Positions 36,605 through 49,279 of a DNA stretch of 64,000 nucleotides are shown here, piece after piece; the stretch's first letter is position 1; every line of letters starts with the position of its first letter. The translations under genes and the position numbers were made by a program. The notes under the pieces were generated by a model. It was not told the origin of the DNA, did not search any database, and was given only the letters and a program-made list of their open reading frames with translations. Origin of the DNA: Podarcis filfolensis. Taxonomy: Eukaryota. The stretch is taken from the NCBI GenBank assembly GCA_964270895.1, contig OZ185437.1, one strand, 5' to 3'.

Positions 36605-37734
36605 TAAAATCTTACTCAGAGATTTTTGATGAGTTGATATGACTGAGATAAGCAAGAAGCACGTTTAGCATTGACTGTCCCAGAGATGTTAAGTGCACCC
36701 ATTTACTTCCTTTCAAGTATATAAGCAAATGGTAGTCAGCTAGCAAAGCAAAATGTTGGTGCAGTAATAGCACAAATCTTTATACAACTGGCACTGGATA
36801 GCCTAGCTCTTTCTGATTGGGATCTAGAGTATTGCAGTGTGTCTTCATGTACACTGAATTACCTGAGAGGCTAGATGCACATTCTGTTTTTTTTGTACAC
36901 CTCGGCTGCCACAGTGAAAGGTATTTGCCTAGCAACGGAGATTGTATAGTTTGCTTCCAAGCTGTCAGCAACACTTTTGTGTGGATCTCCCCCCCATCTG
37001 AGTAGATGCTTGTATGTATCATTTGTGCAATAAAGTGGGTACCTTATGATAAATAGCAACAGCACTGCTGCACTTCTGTGCAATAAACCGTTTGTGGTGG
37101 TTTGTTTTTTTAAATAAGACATTTCATGGTAAAAGTAATGGTGGGGAAATGTGGAACAACTGCCACTTGACAGCAATGTTGTGTAGCATCCACACAGATG
37201 TTGTGCGAACAGGTCAGGATGAACACTCCATAAACAGGTTTTCTGGAAGCAACCGTACAACATTACAGTTGGGCATGCATCATGATTCCATCCCATTATT
37301 GGGTGGGCAGGTTCTGTGCCCAACTGCCAGTGTGGTTCATGCACACCTTAGAATGTAATGTGTCCTTCCGCATATAGTCCCAGGTGGGTTCTTGGAAGCC
37401 TGTTTAAACTGCATTAGCTGTGTGAGTCGGCTTTTTATGAATTCTTCCACCCACCATCCCTTGGTTTCATTTTGTTCTGAAGAGGAGAGAGAAACTGCTC
37501 TGATCTCAGTGGATGAATTCAATGTGACTGTCTTAGTGGTTCATTCATCTTTTTGAACAAGGTAAGTCAGAGGACATTCTTGTGTTGGGAGAGAGGGGAA
37601 TACTTGACATCTTGTGTCTTGTTTTAGAGGAGGAAAACTGGAGAACACAAGCCTATGGAGGAAGACCTGCGGCCCTCTGTACAGTATAATGAAACCCTGT
37701 CTCAGTGGTCCGGCGAAAGAGGCAGTATCGGCAA

Positions 37735-38160
37735 TAGTCTTAGCACAAGGATGGAAGAATGAGGAAACCCCAATGAAAGAACAGTGGCAAGAAAAACTGA
37801 TGAGCTATGCGGAATGGCTAAATTGACATATAAACTGCGTGACAAGGACAATCGTGACTTCAAGGAAGAATGGGAACTTTTTACAAATTATTTAAAAAGG
37901 CAACAAAATGACTTGGACTCCTTGGCAGGTTTTGAATAAACATCCACAAATTTATTAGTTGAACACATGACAAATAAGGCAAGGATATGTACAATTAATA
38001 ACATGCAGAGAACAATATGTACGAAGAAATAAGAGAGGGGAGCTGAGGGAAGTCCTTGGCGGGGGGGAGAAGGAGGGATGGGGGGAAGGAGAAAAATAAC
38101 GTAATTGGTTATTTGGATTGATAATTTGGTATGTTGAAAGTGTTTAATAAAAAAAAATAT
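37735..38160 (+). mobile_element. 5'-truncated L1-type LINE 3' end
   Basis: LAQGWKNEETPMKEQWQEKLMSYAE/MAKLTYKLRDKD resembles an L1 ORF2 C-terminus (one frameshift); G-rich 3' UTR, AATAAA and poly-A near 38146-38158. Confidence 0.7.
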
Positions 38161-38203
38161 ATTTTTTTTTAAAAAGAAAGAGGTAGTATCATGTGCTGTA
38201 ATA

Positions 38204-38683
38204 CCCTATTGGCCCGAATATAAGTCATATTTTTTCCTCCAAATTCTGACCGTGAAAAATTAAAGTGTGGCTTATATTTGTGACCTTACAAAAAGCCTGG
38301 CACAGCGTGAGGCGAGCTGCCCCCCCCCGGTAGAATGTCTCTTCTTGCCCAGCAGGCCCCCACAGCTGTTAGGGAGATGGGGGGCCACACGGTATGGGGG
38401 GGCAGCCACTGGTGGGTTGCGAGTGCCCAGGCAGGCTGCTGCTGCCGCCCTATGCAAATCTCCCCCAGCTGCACCGTGTAGGGTTGTCACTTTGGAGAAG
38501 AGTCGAGGCGCCTTCAGCAGCCCCCCCCATCATTTCCCAGTGCACTGTGCAGGTCCTCTAGGGCCACATTTTTTTGCTCAGACCACTCGGTCACTGCCAT
38601 GTGTTGTCTCTCCCCCCCCCCCGCCCCCAAATTTTAAAGGTTCGGCTTATTTGCGTGTGCGGCTTATATTCAGGCCAACACAG
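38204..38683. mobile_element. Tc1/mariner (Tigger-like) MITE
   Basis: TA flanks; TIRs ccctattggcccgaatataag / cttatattcaggccaacacag (17/21). Confidence 0.75.
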
Positions 38684-38964
38684 TAAATGTTTTGAAATGA
38701 TTTTATTGTCTGCCTTCCAGTCAAAAAAGGAATTCAGTTTTATTTATTTTTTATTTCTGATCATCTATTGAAAATGTCTCTGCTTGTTCTTGTCCTCTAG
38801 CAATTTGTCTTAACACTTCAGTCAGTGCAACCTTTGGCACCTTGTGGAGATGAACTCCTCTTAGGAGGTTGTTCCAGTGCCTAACCCAAGCCTTGTGGTG
38901 ACTGGTGTTCTAATTTTTGTTTTATCATATAGACACAGACGTTGTTTGCGCACTAGCATTTGAA

Positions 38965-39411
38965 ATGGAGGAGACACCAGAAGCTCCAGGTGCTGGTGAG
39001 GGCGCTGCTCCAGAGCCTGCTGCTGCACCACAAGAGCCTGCTCCTGAACCAGAGGCACCCACGGACATGGATGCTGCTCCGGGTCCAGAGGATGCTCAGC
39101 CTCCCCCAGATCCTGACGCAGGCCCCCCAGCAGATGCTGAACTCGGCGGCCCTGGGGGACCAGAGGCTGCAGACTCTGGACCTGGTCCAACAGAGGAAGG
39201 AGCTAGAGAAGCTGCCGAGGACGCAGCCAGAGAAGCTGCGGAGGACGGAGCCAGAGAAACTGCAGAGGAAGAACCTAAAGAAGTTTCTGAACGTAGTCGA
39301 CCTAGACCCCCTGGCCGTGGGCCGGCAGACGCCGCAAGCCGTAGGACATCTAAATTCCGCCGGAGCACCAGTGGGGTTCAGTCTCTGCAGGAAACTCTAA
39401 AGGAAAAACAG
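38965..39411 (+). CDS. DNAH8: DNAH8 (axonemal dynein heavy chain 8) first coding exon (447 coding nt; acceptor at 38933 or 38939)
   Basis: ATG at 38965; acidic Pro/Ala/Glu-rich N-terminus ending RRTSKFRRSTSGVQSLQETLKEKQ; |GTTTGT donor; phase 0 joins ARFKEAREGR. Confidence 0.9.
39193..39288 (+). repeat. Coding 24-nt tandem repeat x4 in the DNAH8 N-terminus
   Basis: EEGAREAA / EDAAREAA / EDGARETA / EEEPKEVS, visible at both DNA and protein level. Confidence 0.85.
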
Positions 39412-39503
39412 GTTTGTGTGTCAGAGTTTGGGGTGCGTGTGTGTGTGTTTTACAAGCCCTTCCACTTAAATTTAGGCATGTATTAGTGAGATGATGCGTT
39501 ATA

Positions 39504-39752
39504 CAGTCATACCTCAGGTTACAGATGCTTCAGGTTGCGTTTTTTCGGGTGATGGACCGCCGAAACCTGGAAGTACCAGAATGGATTACTTCTGGGTTTT
39601 GGTGGTTGCACATGCACAGAAGCGCTAAATCACGCTTTGCACGTGCGCAGAAACGCTGAATCGCAACCCGCACATGCCCTGTGGGTTGCAAACACTGGGG
39701 GTTGCGAACATGCCTCCCGCATGGATCACGTTCGCAACCCGAGCATCCACTG
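39504..39752 (+). mobile_element. Tc1/mariner MITE (cagtcatacctc family)
   Basis: TA flanks; collinear with 30921-31172. Confidence 0.85.
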
Positions 39753-40843
39753 TACTCAGTTGATATTTTCCTGTCCAATATACTAACTAGGTACAACTTT
39801 TGGCACTCAAAAGTCTTTATGGTGGAAAGGATATAAACAGCAGGTAGTTCAAGTGTGTTACCCAATCCCTGCATTACTACAGAGAATAGAAACTGACTTA
39901 AAACTAGTAATGTTTCAGGGCAGATCCTCCAGATCCCTTCAAAGCCTCAACTAGGCAGAGCATTATCCCGTCGGCTTCTGCCGCCTCCTCTTCTTGGCAG
40001 TTTTGTCTTGAACTGACAATGGAGTTTTTTTGGCATGTTTTGAACTGGCGGGGAGTTGTTGTAGTTGATCTCATATTAGCCAAACCCATTCCAGATTGTG
40101 CCGAGAGTTTGCCCTTCCGCAACCATAATGTAGTTTCAGGCTCTCAACCATTGTTCTTTTATTTTTATTGTTTCAGAGATAGCGTAATGGAGAAATTCTC
40201 AGGTACACAAAAATGAAAGTGTAGCAGTAGAGCAGGTGGTGGGGAGGACCTCAGACCGAATGCGGTCTTCGAGTCCTCTCTGTCTGGCTCTCAGAGCTGT
40301 TACCAATCCACGTTAAATTTACACCCTAAATGTTTCTGCTTGGCTGTAACATGCCTGAGCTCCCACAGTGCCTCTTGCTTGCCTGGAAGGATACAGAGGG
40401 GTGTGTGAGTGTGCATGGAAACTAACTTACTGTAGAAAGGTACAATTTACATTTGTTGAGCCACCCCCTGTCACTTATATCCCTAACCACCACTGACATG
40501 TGGCCCTCAAGAGGCTTTCCAGAGGGCAATATAGCCCCCCACGCTGTATTAGATAGAATCAGTTTACGGAAAAGTTTTAAATATGCTCTTTATTTATTTG
40601 CTTATTTATACAGCACTACCAAGATGGGTTGACAATACAGAAAAGTATGCAAGAGAGACAACTGAGAAAGGTGGAGGGGAATGGAGCCAGCACGACAGGA
40701 GGGGGCGGGGAGATGTGATTATTATAATTACACATACTAAGGTGTAATTGCAGTATGGTTATGGGACCTAGGAAACAAAGGTTTCGCAGGAAAAAGAAGA
40801 AGTCAGAATTGCATTATTTCTTAACACATTTTCTTTCCATTAG

Positions 40844-40978
40844 GCACGATTTAAAGAAGCCAGGGAAGGCCGGAAAATGAAAGTTAATGCCGCATATAAA
40901 TATATATTTGAAATTCTGTCAGACAGACTTGGACTAGACGTCGTAACTGTGGAAGAGCTAATTTTAGATGGCCCAACA
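40844..40978 (+). CDS. DNAH8: DNAH8 coding exon 2 (135 nt)
   Basis: ccattag| acceptor, |GTGAGT donor; ARFKEAREGRKMKVNAAYKYIFEILSDRLGLDVVTVEELILDGPT. Confidence 0.95.
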
Positions 40979-41081
40979 GTGAGTCTGCTTTACAGACGTT
41001 GCTTCTACAGTTAATAATTTTTTAAAGCCTTGCTTACTAAATCCTCAATCCTCTTAACGTCAACACATTCATCTCTTAAGC

Positions 41082-41587
41082 CAGAGGTTTTCAACCTTTT
41101 GGGGTCCACGGCTCCCTTGACCAACTAAACTCTTTCTGCGGCACCCCTGTGGGACTCAGGAGTCCAGTAGTGTCACCCCTTGCCTGTAGAGCTGGCAGCC
41201 TCTCACCCTTTTTTGAACATACTCCCTTGTGGAGTGTTCCCTCAGCCTCCTCTCTTCCCCCCTCTCCTTGGGAGTGCTCTGGGCAACTGCAGCTGCTCTC
41301 CCACTTCTCTGAGCTGCCCCCCCTGCCCCAAAGAGAGGTGCCTCCTCCCACCGCTCCACAGGGGCCTGGGAAGCACCCCCTGGCCAGCCCCAGAGGCACC
41401 ATTTGCCTGGGGAGCTTGTAGCCAGGCCTGCTGCAACAAACAGCTGTGCAAACCTTTGGGAGGCAGAGATGTGAAAGGGCATCAGAGGAGGGAATGAAAG
41501 AGGGTTAGAGGCCAGAGTTGCCCACAGCACCCCTGACCATCATTCAAGGCACCCCAGGGTGCCATGGCACACTGGATGAAACCACTG
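41082..41587. mobile_element. hAT (Charlie-like) non-autonomous transposon, 506 bp
   Basis: TIRs cagaggttttcaacc / ggatgaaaccactg; 8-bp TSD tcttaagc / tcttaagt (7/8). Confidence 0.8.
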
Positions 41588-43064
41588 TCTTAAGTTTATA
41601 CAAGCTTATTAGCATCAGATTCATGACAACCATCGCACAGTACCAATAGGAGACCCATGCTTCTTCCAGGTCAGATTTCCTGTTGGTTGCAAATTGCACA
41701 GAGGATGCAGCTCAGAAGAATTTAGGATAGTCCCAAGAGCTCAAGTGTATGGTCAATTATAGTGACTCGCAACGTTCACTAAATTGAGGAGCAGGGCTTC
41801 TGAACTGTTATCATAAGAGAGAGGCTCTTGCGATGCTCTTCCTGAAGTGCTTGGGGACAGAGTACCGAGGTCTCAACTTTGTCCCTTACATGTCTGTGTG
41901 GTGTGTGTGCATGTGGTGGGATTGGTAGCTGTGAGAGGAGTAAGCAAAAAGGGAAAGGGGAACAGAGAAAAAGGGAAATTCTCTCTTAGAGATCATTAAC
42001 AATTAAACAGCCAGTGTTGTGATGCAGTTATACTTCATGTGTTAATTTAACATTGTGTGTGAGAGAGAAAACAAACCTTCATGTTAACTGAAGTCTACTG
42101 ATTTTAGTGAATCCATGCTGGAATCTCCCAATTGTTTTGTTCCTGGGTGGAAGGTGGGATGATATTCCGACCCCCTGTCCTGCTTTTCCTTTAATTTACT
42201 TCAAGCATGTCAACACCAGGCTAGCATAACTGGAGATCCTGGGGACTAGACCCTTCTGGGGATTCAAAGTCATCAGTGCACTGTCAAAAAGCACCCAGTT
42301 TGGTGGCCATTCCACAAGCCACTACCCACTTGAGCAGAGTTGAGGCCACACACTAGCAGTGCATCTATCCATTGACAGAGGCCAGTGGAGAGATGGTTGC
42401 ATTGCCAGCCTAACTCTTCCAGCTAACAGCATCGGGGGTAAAGATTGCCCTATAAGTCAGGATCTGCCCACACTTCTGGAAATGATTAAATGTGGAATAA
42501 AATTAGAATAAGAGGTGATATACAGTGTTAGTCATACTCAGAGTTAGACCAGTTGACACCAATGGTTTTAACTTAAGACTATAGATTTCAAGGAATCTAC
42601 TCTATGATGACTTAGGCTGTGTGCATACCATACATTGAAAGCTGCCACTCCACCCAAAAGAGAATCCTGGGAAGTTAACCCAACACAGAGCTCCAATTCT
42701 CAGCACCCTTAGCAAACTACAGTTCCCAGGATTTTTTTGGGGGGGGGGGCGGCGGCAGATGTGCATTCACTTTGCTTTAAATGCATGCAATATACACAAG
42801 CTTAGTTGGATATGCCTTAAAGGTTTGTTTTGTTTACAAAATTAAAGTAAGAAGAAAACCACACATACGGCAAAGTAGTTATGGCTGCTGGAAATACTTC
42901 TGAAAAAGACAAAGACAGCTTGCATTTTTCTTTCAGTGTTGATGAAAATGTTTGGTAACTCACTATGTAATCTCTTACTAAGCTAGGTTGCTTTCTTTTA
43001 AATAAAAATAATTCAGCATTTTGGCAAGATGTTGACTTTGAACCACCTTTTTTCATTTCAACAG

Positions 43065-43149
43065 TTACAAGCATTTGACAGTTTTTTGGTCAAAGGAGGA
43101 AGCAGAACACTGAAGTTCATTTATCAGGAGGGTGAAGCTCCTGGTCTCG
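43065..43149 (+). CDS. DNAH8: DNAH8 coding exon 3 (85 nt)
   Basis: ttcaacag| acceptor, |GTAAAT donor; LQAFDSFLVKGGSRTLKFIYQEGEAPGL(E). Confidence 0.93.
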
Positions 43150-43927
43150 GTAAATGTTAGCAATTATTTTATTTAACCTTCCATCTCAGGTGAAATTGAG
43201 AAGTTCTTTTCATCACACTGGATCAGGTAATAAACTTCTGTAAATCATGAGGCCACAGTATAAGCAAAGAGGCTGTAAAATATTGAGTTTTGATATCGCC
43301 TCCAGCCGTTAGGTAGTAGTACTACACAATTTGGCTTCAATTGGCTCTTCTAGCTAGTATGACATCCAAAATTAATCCCTGGATTTCTAATATAAAAGGC
43401 TGCCATGTTTCTTTTTACTTCTACAGTCTGCCTAACCAGGAACCTGTCTATCATTATTAATAAAAAAATACAGTTGATAACAATTCAAGTGCTGGTTATT
43501 ACCCACAATGCCCTAAAATGTAGGTTTAGTGCTATATTTGAAAGACCACCTCCTCCCTCATAAAATTGTCCACTTAGAGCTTTCATAATTAGTGGCCTTT
43601 GCTTCGCCTCTGGTTGGCTGGGCAAAGGATGAGCCTTTTCATTTGCAGTGCCCAAGTTGAGGAAACAGGAGCCCAATTGACCATCTTTACTGGCATTCTT
43701 GCATGGTACCAAAATCTTTTTGTCTTGGTTTCCACATCACAAGAAACCACACAAGAAACCAAACAAATCTATGCTGCATACATTGCAATAAATTATCAAA
43801 TGTGACTGCAGCATAGGTTGGGCTCATGGCAGTAACTAGATCACTTTATGCATCATTGCAGCTGATAGCATTTTTCAGATAAAAGTGAGACCTTATGGTT
43901 GTTAAAAAGGTGCTTTTTTGTTTTCAG

Positions 43928-44076
43928 AGTGTGGTAGAACAATTCCAGGAGTGCTGAAAGGAACCAAAATGATGAAGTTGTACGTACACGAATCTCCAGA
44001 CAAATTCAAAGGGCTGTGTTTATTTTTTGTACGTGCCAGGAATGACACTGCTGTGAATGTCAAAACTATGCATGAG
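43928..44076 (+). CDS. DNAH8: DNAH8 coding exon 4 (149 nt)
   Basis: gttttcag| acceptor, |GTATTT donor; CGRTIPGVLKGTKMMKLYVHESPDKFKGLCLFFVRARNDTAVNVKTMHE. Confidence 0.94.
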
Positions 44077-44383
44077 GTATTTTCGCCACCATCATTTGCA
44101 GCACATCCATCAGATAGGCAAGGGCGGTGGCAGGTGGGGAGAGGTTCCATAAATGGTAGGGACTTCTGGGAAGGTGAAATACATTTCCCTGTGGAGACCC
44201 AGTTTTAGGTCCCTTTTGGTTAAGACTAGGCAAGAGGATACGATGGAAGGAGGGAGTTTTCCTCTCAACACCTTTGGAGGCAGGTGAGAGAGGATTATTA
44301 ATTTTAGAACCCTCAAAGACTGTTGCATAACTGATTTTTGTGCTTTTGACTTCTAATACCTATCTTAATGCTTGATTTTCAAG

Positions 44384-44573
44384 GACATATACTTTTCAGT
44401 ACTGGAAGGAAGTGAAGGGCTCCTGCTTGGGATCAAGAATATCCTCGCAAATCTTTTTCTGCCATCTGTCCTTGCCACAAGTAATTGGGGCGCTTTGAAT
44501 CAAACCAAGCAGGGAGAGTTTGAAAAACAGGCTTTTACTGAGACGCTGAACAGATATATGGCATTTTTGGATG
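44384..44573 (+). CDS. DNAH8: DNAH8 coding exon 5 (190 nt)
   Basis: ttttcaag| acceptor, |GTAAGA donor; DIYFSVLEGSEGLLLGIKNILANLFLPSVLATSNWGALNQTKQGEFEKQAFTETLNRYMAFLD(G). Confidence 0.94.
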
Positions 44574-46791
44574 GTAAGACCTACCGTGAGAAAGGAATGA
44601 GCTCAATTAATCTCAGACGTTTGATTTTGAAGTATTATGCCATTTTTGTGTTTATAAGAGGGATTCTCTCCTAATTCATGCGGTGCATGACGAATCTGTG
44701 CATGCTTACTCATTTAACAAGTGAAAGTTCACTTGTTGAGAGAGCGAAATGAGAAGGTGTCATGGAATGCTCACAGAATACACTAGACAGGAATTTAGAC
44801 GAGAACTGTATTGTCGGTCTCTGACAAAAACAGAACAGCAGCAGGAAACTTCTTACCCCACCTGCATACAACTAAGTCCATTGCTGCCCAGCAACTAAAT
44901 GGCAATGTCCACAGAGCAACTGTGCATCTCTAGATCCTTTGTTCATGAGGATTACCTATGTCAAATCAGGGTGGGGATATAGTTTTGTTAGGTTTTGAAA
45001 CAAATACCTCCTAAGACACTGTGTGCCTCTTTGTCTGTCTCGAACACCCAGCCTTTAGCACTGTGTCTTATTCCCATCAACCATGGGCTTTCAGCCTGAG
45101 TCTCTGGACTCAGTGAGGTCTAAGGGTGGGTGTCCTGGTGAACTGGTGAGCCAACTCCCCCTGGTCCCAGCATGTACTAAGGACTGTACTGTGGGGTTCT
45201 CCCTTTCCTCTTCCAAGAAGATAATGTCTGATTCAGGCTACAGGAGCCTGCAGGTCCTAACAAAGTACCTCTTGTATTACCACCAGAGGCATGTTTCTAT
45301 GATGTGTTTCTTACACTGTAAAACAAGTCCCAACACTTAACCAAATACTCAAGGCAGCTGACTCTAAGGATCAGTCCAGTTCAACAAAGCCCTGTGAAAG
45401 CAAGTTCAGAGTCTGTGGCCTTTTGTAGAATCATAGCATTGTAGAGTTGGAAGGGACCACAAGGCCCATCTAGTCCAACCCCCTGCAATGCCAGGATCTC
45501 AGCTAAAGCACCCAAAGATGTGCCTTTAGTCTGCACACCTTGTTTGGCACTGAGAGAACCATGCCAGACATGGGCACACACACTCTACTGTATCTTTAAA
45601 ACAGAATTCTGCCAAATTCCCTTGCACTGCGATTCCCATGCGCCTATCAACCAGCTGGTTGTTTGGTGCTTGGGAATCACAGCACAAGGGCCTCTTACAG
45701 GTGGATGGAGCAAGTCATCTGGCCATCATCTGACATCATAATGACAGCAGGTGTTTGACAGGTTGGTCGTCCTGCCCATCTGTCAAAGTTGGCATGCAGG
45801 GATGGGGCTAAAATCTAGTAAGCTGTAGATAGCAGTGATGAAAGGTACCTCTTAACATCAGAGAATCTGTGTCTCATCAAAGCAGCATGAATCATAATAT
45901 AGCAAATAAAAATAACACAAATCTCATGAAGGAAGACATAACACATATTTTGTATGTCATTTTTGATAGACTATTATATTAATCAAAGAAGATAGACTGT
46001 TACAAAGTTATCATAAAATTATGTGACTATAGATTTATTAAATATTTATCAAAATATGTTCTGCTTTGATAAGGAAAGCCACAGGCACACAGTATCTTAG
46101 CTTTCATATAAAAATATTGCCATGGTTGAATTCTCTGCTGTAAGAAGCCATTTGGACTTATTATGTACATTAATGTCATGCACTATAGCTTCTAAGTGCT
46201 GTGACATTTCAGTGAAGTGCATCTTTTGATAGCACAATCTAGAAAACACTGGAGCCTAACTCAGCACAGCAATGTGACTGTTTCACACTGTGAAACTATT
46301 TTTTTTTTCTCTGAGTAATGCAAGGCTAGGAAAATTATTGTTGCATTAGAAAAATAAGTTTTATGTTTAATTGAATTTTGGGCTCCCTTCTGCCTGCTCA
46401 TCTTCAAAACACCTCTGGGCCCCCTGCTCCATGCATTTTTGTTTCCTGCAGGTGGAATTTTCTATTGAGGTTTGTGAGGAGCAGTTACCTGTTGCCACTC
46501 AAGGGCAGAGAGGACACTTGCTTAACTCGTATGCAAAATGCATTTGGTCTTCTCTTGAAATGGAACACTTTTTATAGATCAAATGGTAGAGTCTGAGTAC
46601 ATTATCTATGTTGGGTTGGATCCTCAGTCTAGGAGGACAGGGGGTCGGGAGCTTCTCCCCCCCTCCGCAGTCCAATGTCTTGCAGCATAAATTAATAACA
46701 CAGAGTCTTCTTCAGCAAAAGAATAAAAGCTTTACTGAGTTAAAATAAACTTGTTTGCAAATAACAGCATAGTGAACAGAAGATTAAACTA

Positions 46792-47051
46792 CAGTGGTAC
46801 CTCTGGTGGCGAACAGGATCTGTTCTGGAGGCCTGTTCACAACATGAAAAGAGTGCAACCCACAGTGGCGCATCTGCGCATGCATGGGTTGCGATGTGCC
46901 ACTTTTGCGCATGCCCGTGACGTCATTTCGCGCTTCTGTGCATGCGCGAGCGGCAAAACCCGGAGGTAACCCTTTCCGGTACTTCCGGGTCGCCATGGGA
47001 CGTAACCTGAAAGAACGTAACATGAAGCGGACGTAACATGAGGTATGACTG
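46792..47051 (-). mobile_element. Tc1/mariner MITE (cagtcatacctc family), reverse orientation
   Basis: TA flanks; reverse complement starts cagtcatacctcatgttac and contains acccggaagtaccggaa, as in 30921 and 39504. Confidence 0.85.
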
Positions 47052-47697
47052 TAGCTTCAGAGCATACACAGAGTTACTGAGTCACACAGAGGCATGATGC
47101 ACCAACAGTCTCCACCACTGAGCACAGGCTCCACAGAGCATAGGCTCCACCCCACCACCTGAGTCTGCCTGCAAGCAGATACAATATTTATACAGAGAAT
47201 GTATCATCCTCAAGATGAGTCACAGTGATTCAGCATGCCCAAATGATTCTGCAGCTTTTCAGCATTTTACAACATTTCTAGACTCCTTTACTGCTTCCGC
47301 TCTCAAATATCTTTGTCACATCCAAGGAGTCGGGTATCCCATCAAAGGGATGGGTCTTTGTGGGTGTGTGCTTCTGTCCAGACACCCAGATGAGAGCTGA
47401 TGGACCATAGCACCCCCAAAATGGTGATCTTGGGGGTGGGAGTTGCCCCAATTTGATGTATATCATAAGATGATCATTAACCCTGCCAAATAATCAACAC
47501 GCAGATGGGTTGATTGATTCAGGATACACACCCAATGCCTGTGCCAAAAGCTGCTGACATCTGTAATCAATTAAGTTGTGGCCTGTTTATATTCCAGATT
47601 GTTGTCTTGTGTTTATTGCAACTTCACCACGCCTCACCCCTGCTGCCCATGGCTTCAATGCGCCTGGGCCCACAACATTCTCTGTTATTTATTTTAG

Positions 47698-47861
47698 GTG
47701 CAAGAGTGAGCATTGAAGGGACAGTACAGCTGAAAAAAATAGATTATATTGACTTCAGTAAATTCCAGTCTTTTGAGCAAGTGACAGCAGCAGCTGCTAA
47801 TCCTGATACGGTTCATCAATTAGAGGAAGTGCTTATGATATGGTATAAGCAAATTGAGCAA
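47698..47861 (+). CDS. DNAH8: DNAH8 coding exon 6 (164 nt)
   Basis: attttag| acceptor, |GTAAGT donor; ARVSIEGTVQLKKIDYIDFSKFQSFEQVTAAAANPDTVHQLEEVLMIWYKQIEQ. Confidence 0.96.
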
Positions 47862-49102
47862 GTAAGTTTCTTTTTGTATTTTAGCTATGAAGAACCAGGA
47901 ATTCTCCAGTATATATGGAGCACTGTGAATGCCATGTTTATATGTGTATTACATTTACTTGGAAAAACTGCAAGGCGACGTGAGATTCAATGGCTACGTT
48001 CTATACATAGTTTAAAACAAAACATCGTTTAGAAATCATATCTTGTATTTTTATATTGTTGTGCTTCTTATTCTGTTTTACATTGTCATGATTGTTTTAC
48101 TGAAGGGCAGCCTAAAAAGGGAAGGGAAGCCTGGAAATGTTTAAAATAAAATATAATAATTAATTGGCTGGAACTTGCTTTGGCAGCTTCCACAGCCAAA
48201 GACACAGATTGCTATTCATAAATGTGACTTGCATATTTCATTCTTGAAAATGTTGTAACTTGGGAGGGGGGTGTTTTGAACATGGCTGGTTCCCCTTTGC
48301 ACCCCCAAACAGTTTCTTTGGATTGTCAGCTATTGCCATTTCCACATGGCATTTTCTTGTGGACTTAGGCTGTGTACACATTGCCTGCTTAAAATGCAGT
48401 TCTTTTTCCTAATTTGGATAGGAGCCGGCTTGCGGGAAAATGCAGCAAAACACATTTCATAGGAAATAACAGGATAGAACAGCAATGGGAAGCACATTGC
48501 TTGCAGAGTAATGTTTGCACATGCATGCAGCTTTTTGCGGCAGCATCGACCTGACATTGTCTTCATCAAAACGCTGCCTCATATTATTTAATCTGGATCT
48601 ACTGTTTGTGTGGGAAATCCAATAAATAAATAATCAGCGGAAACAGTAAATCCATATTAAATTGGGGGGGGGGGGAGTGGGAGGGGGATATGGGCTGGAA
48701 TTTTGTTGAGTACAACATTACGTATGTACGAGCAGCATAGTGTCTACAATAAGCTGCATTTGAATTAAGTTATCTCAATATCAGCAGGTGTGAATGAGTA
48801 TGACAGTTTAGTTATATTTACTAATGAAAATGCATAAATAAATGTGCCAGGTGCTATTATACTCCAGCAATAAAGACTATTGGTGGGGGGGGGGCAGGAG
48901 TAAGGACTGAGAAAACAATGTGCAAATTAAATTAGAAAAGCTGAATTTCATCTAGTTTGCACCCATCAGCATCCGTGACCAGCCCTTATGTTTTCGTTGC
49001 AGGAAATGGAATATTGACAGAGCTTATAATGGCTATGTAGAATGTGAAATTTATGACCAAGTGATAAGCTCTTTCTGTATACGTAACACTCTTTCTTTTC
49101 AG

Positions 49103-49279
49103 GTTTTGATTGAGAGTGAACAGATGAGAAAGGAAGCTGATGACTCAGGTCCTCTGACCGAACTAGAACACTGGAAGCGTATGTCTGCTAAGTTTAATTT
49201 TATTATTGAACAGATCAAAGGACAAAATTGCAAGGCTGTCATAAATGTCCTAAATGTTGCACGCTCCAAAATAATAAAG
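49103..49279 (+). CDS. DNAH8: DNAH8 coding exon 7 (177 nt), dynein tail (DHC_N1 region)
   Basis: cttttcag| acceptor, |GTAATT donor; VLIESEQMRKEADDSGPLTELEHWKRMSAKFNFIIEQIKGQNCKAVINVLNVARSKIIK. Confidence 0.96.

Noticed and set aside
39904-40216. Short ORFs on both strands in the first DNAH8 coding intron
   Set aside because: No recognisable homology and no consistent splice sites.
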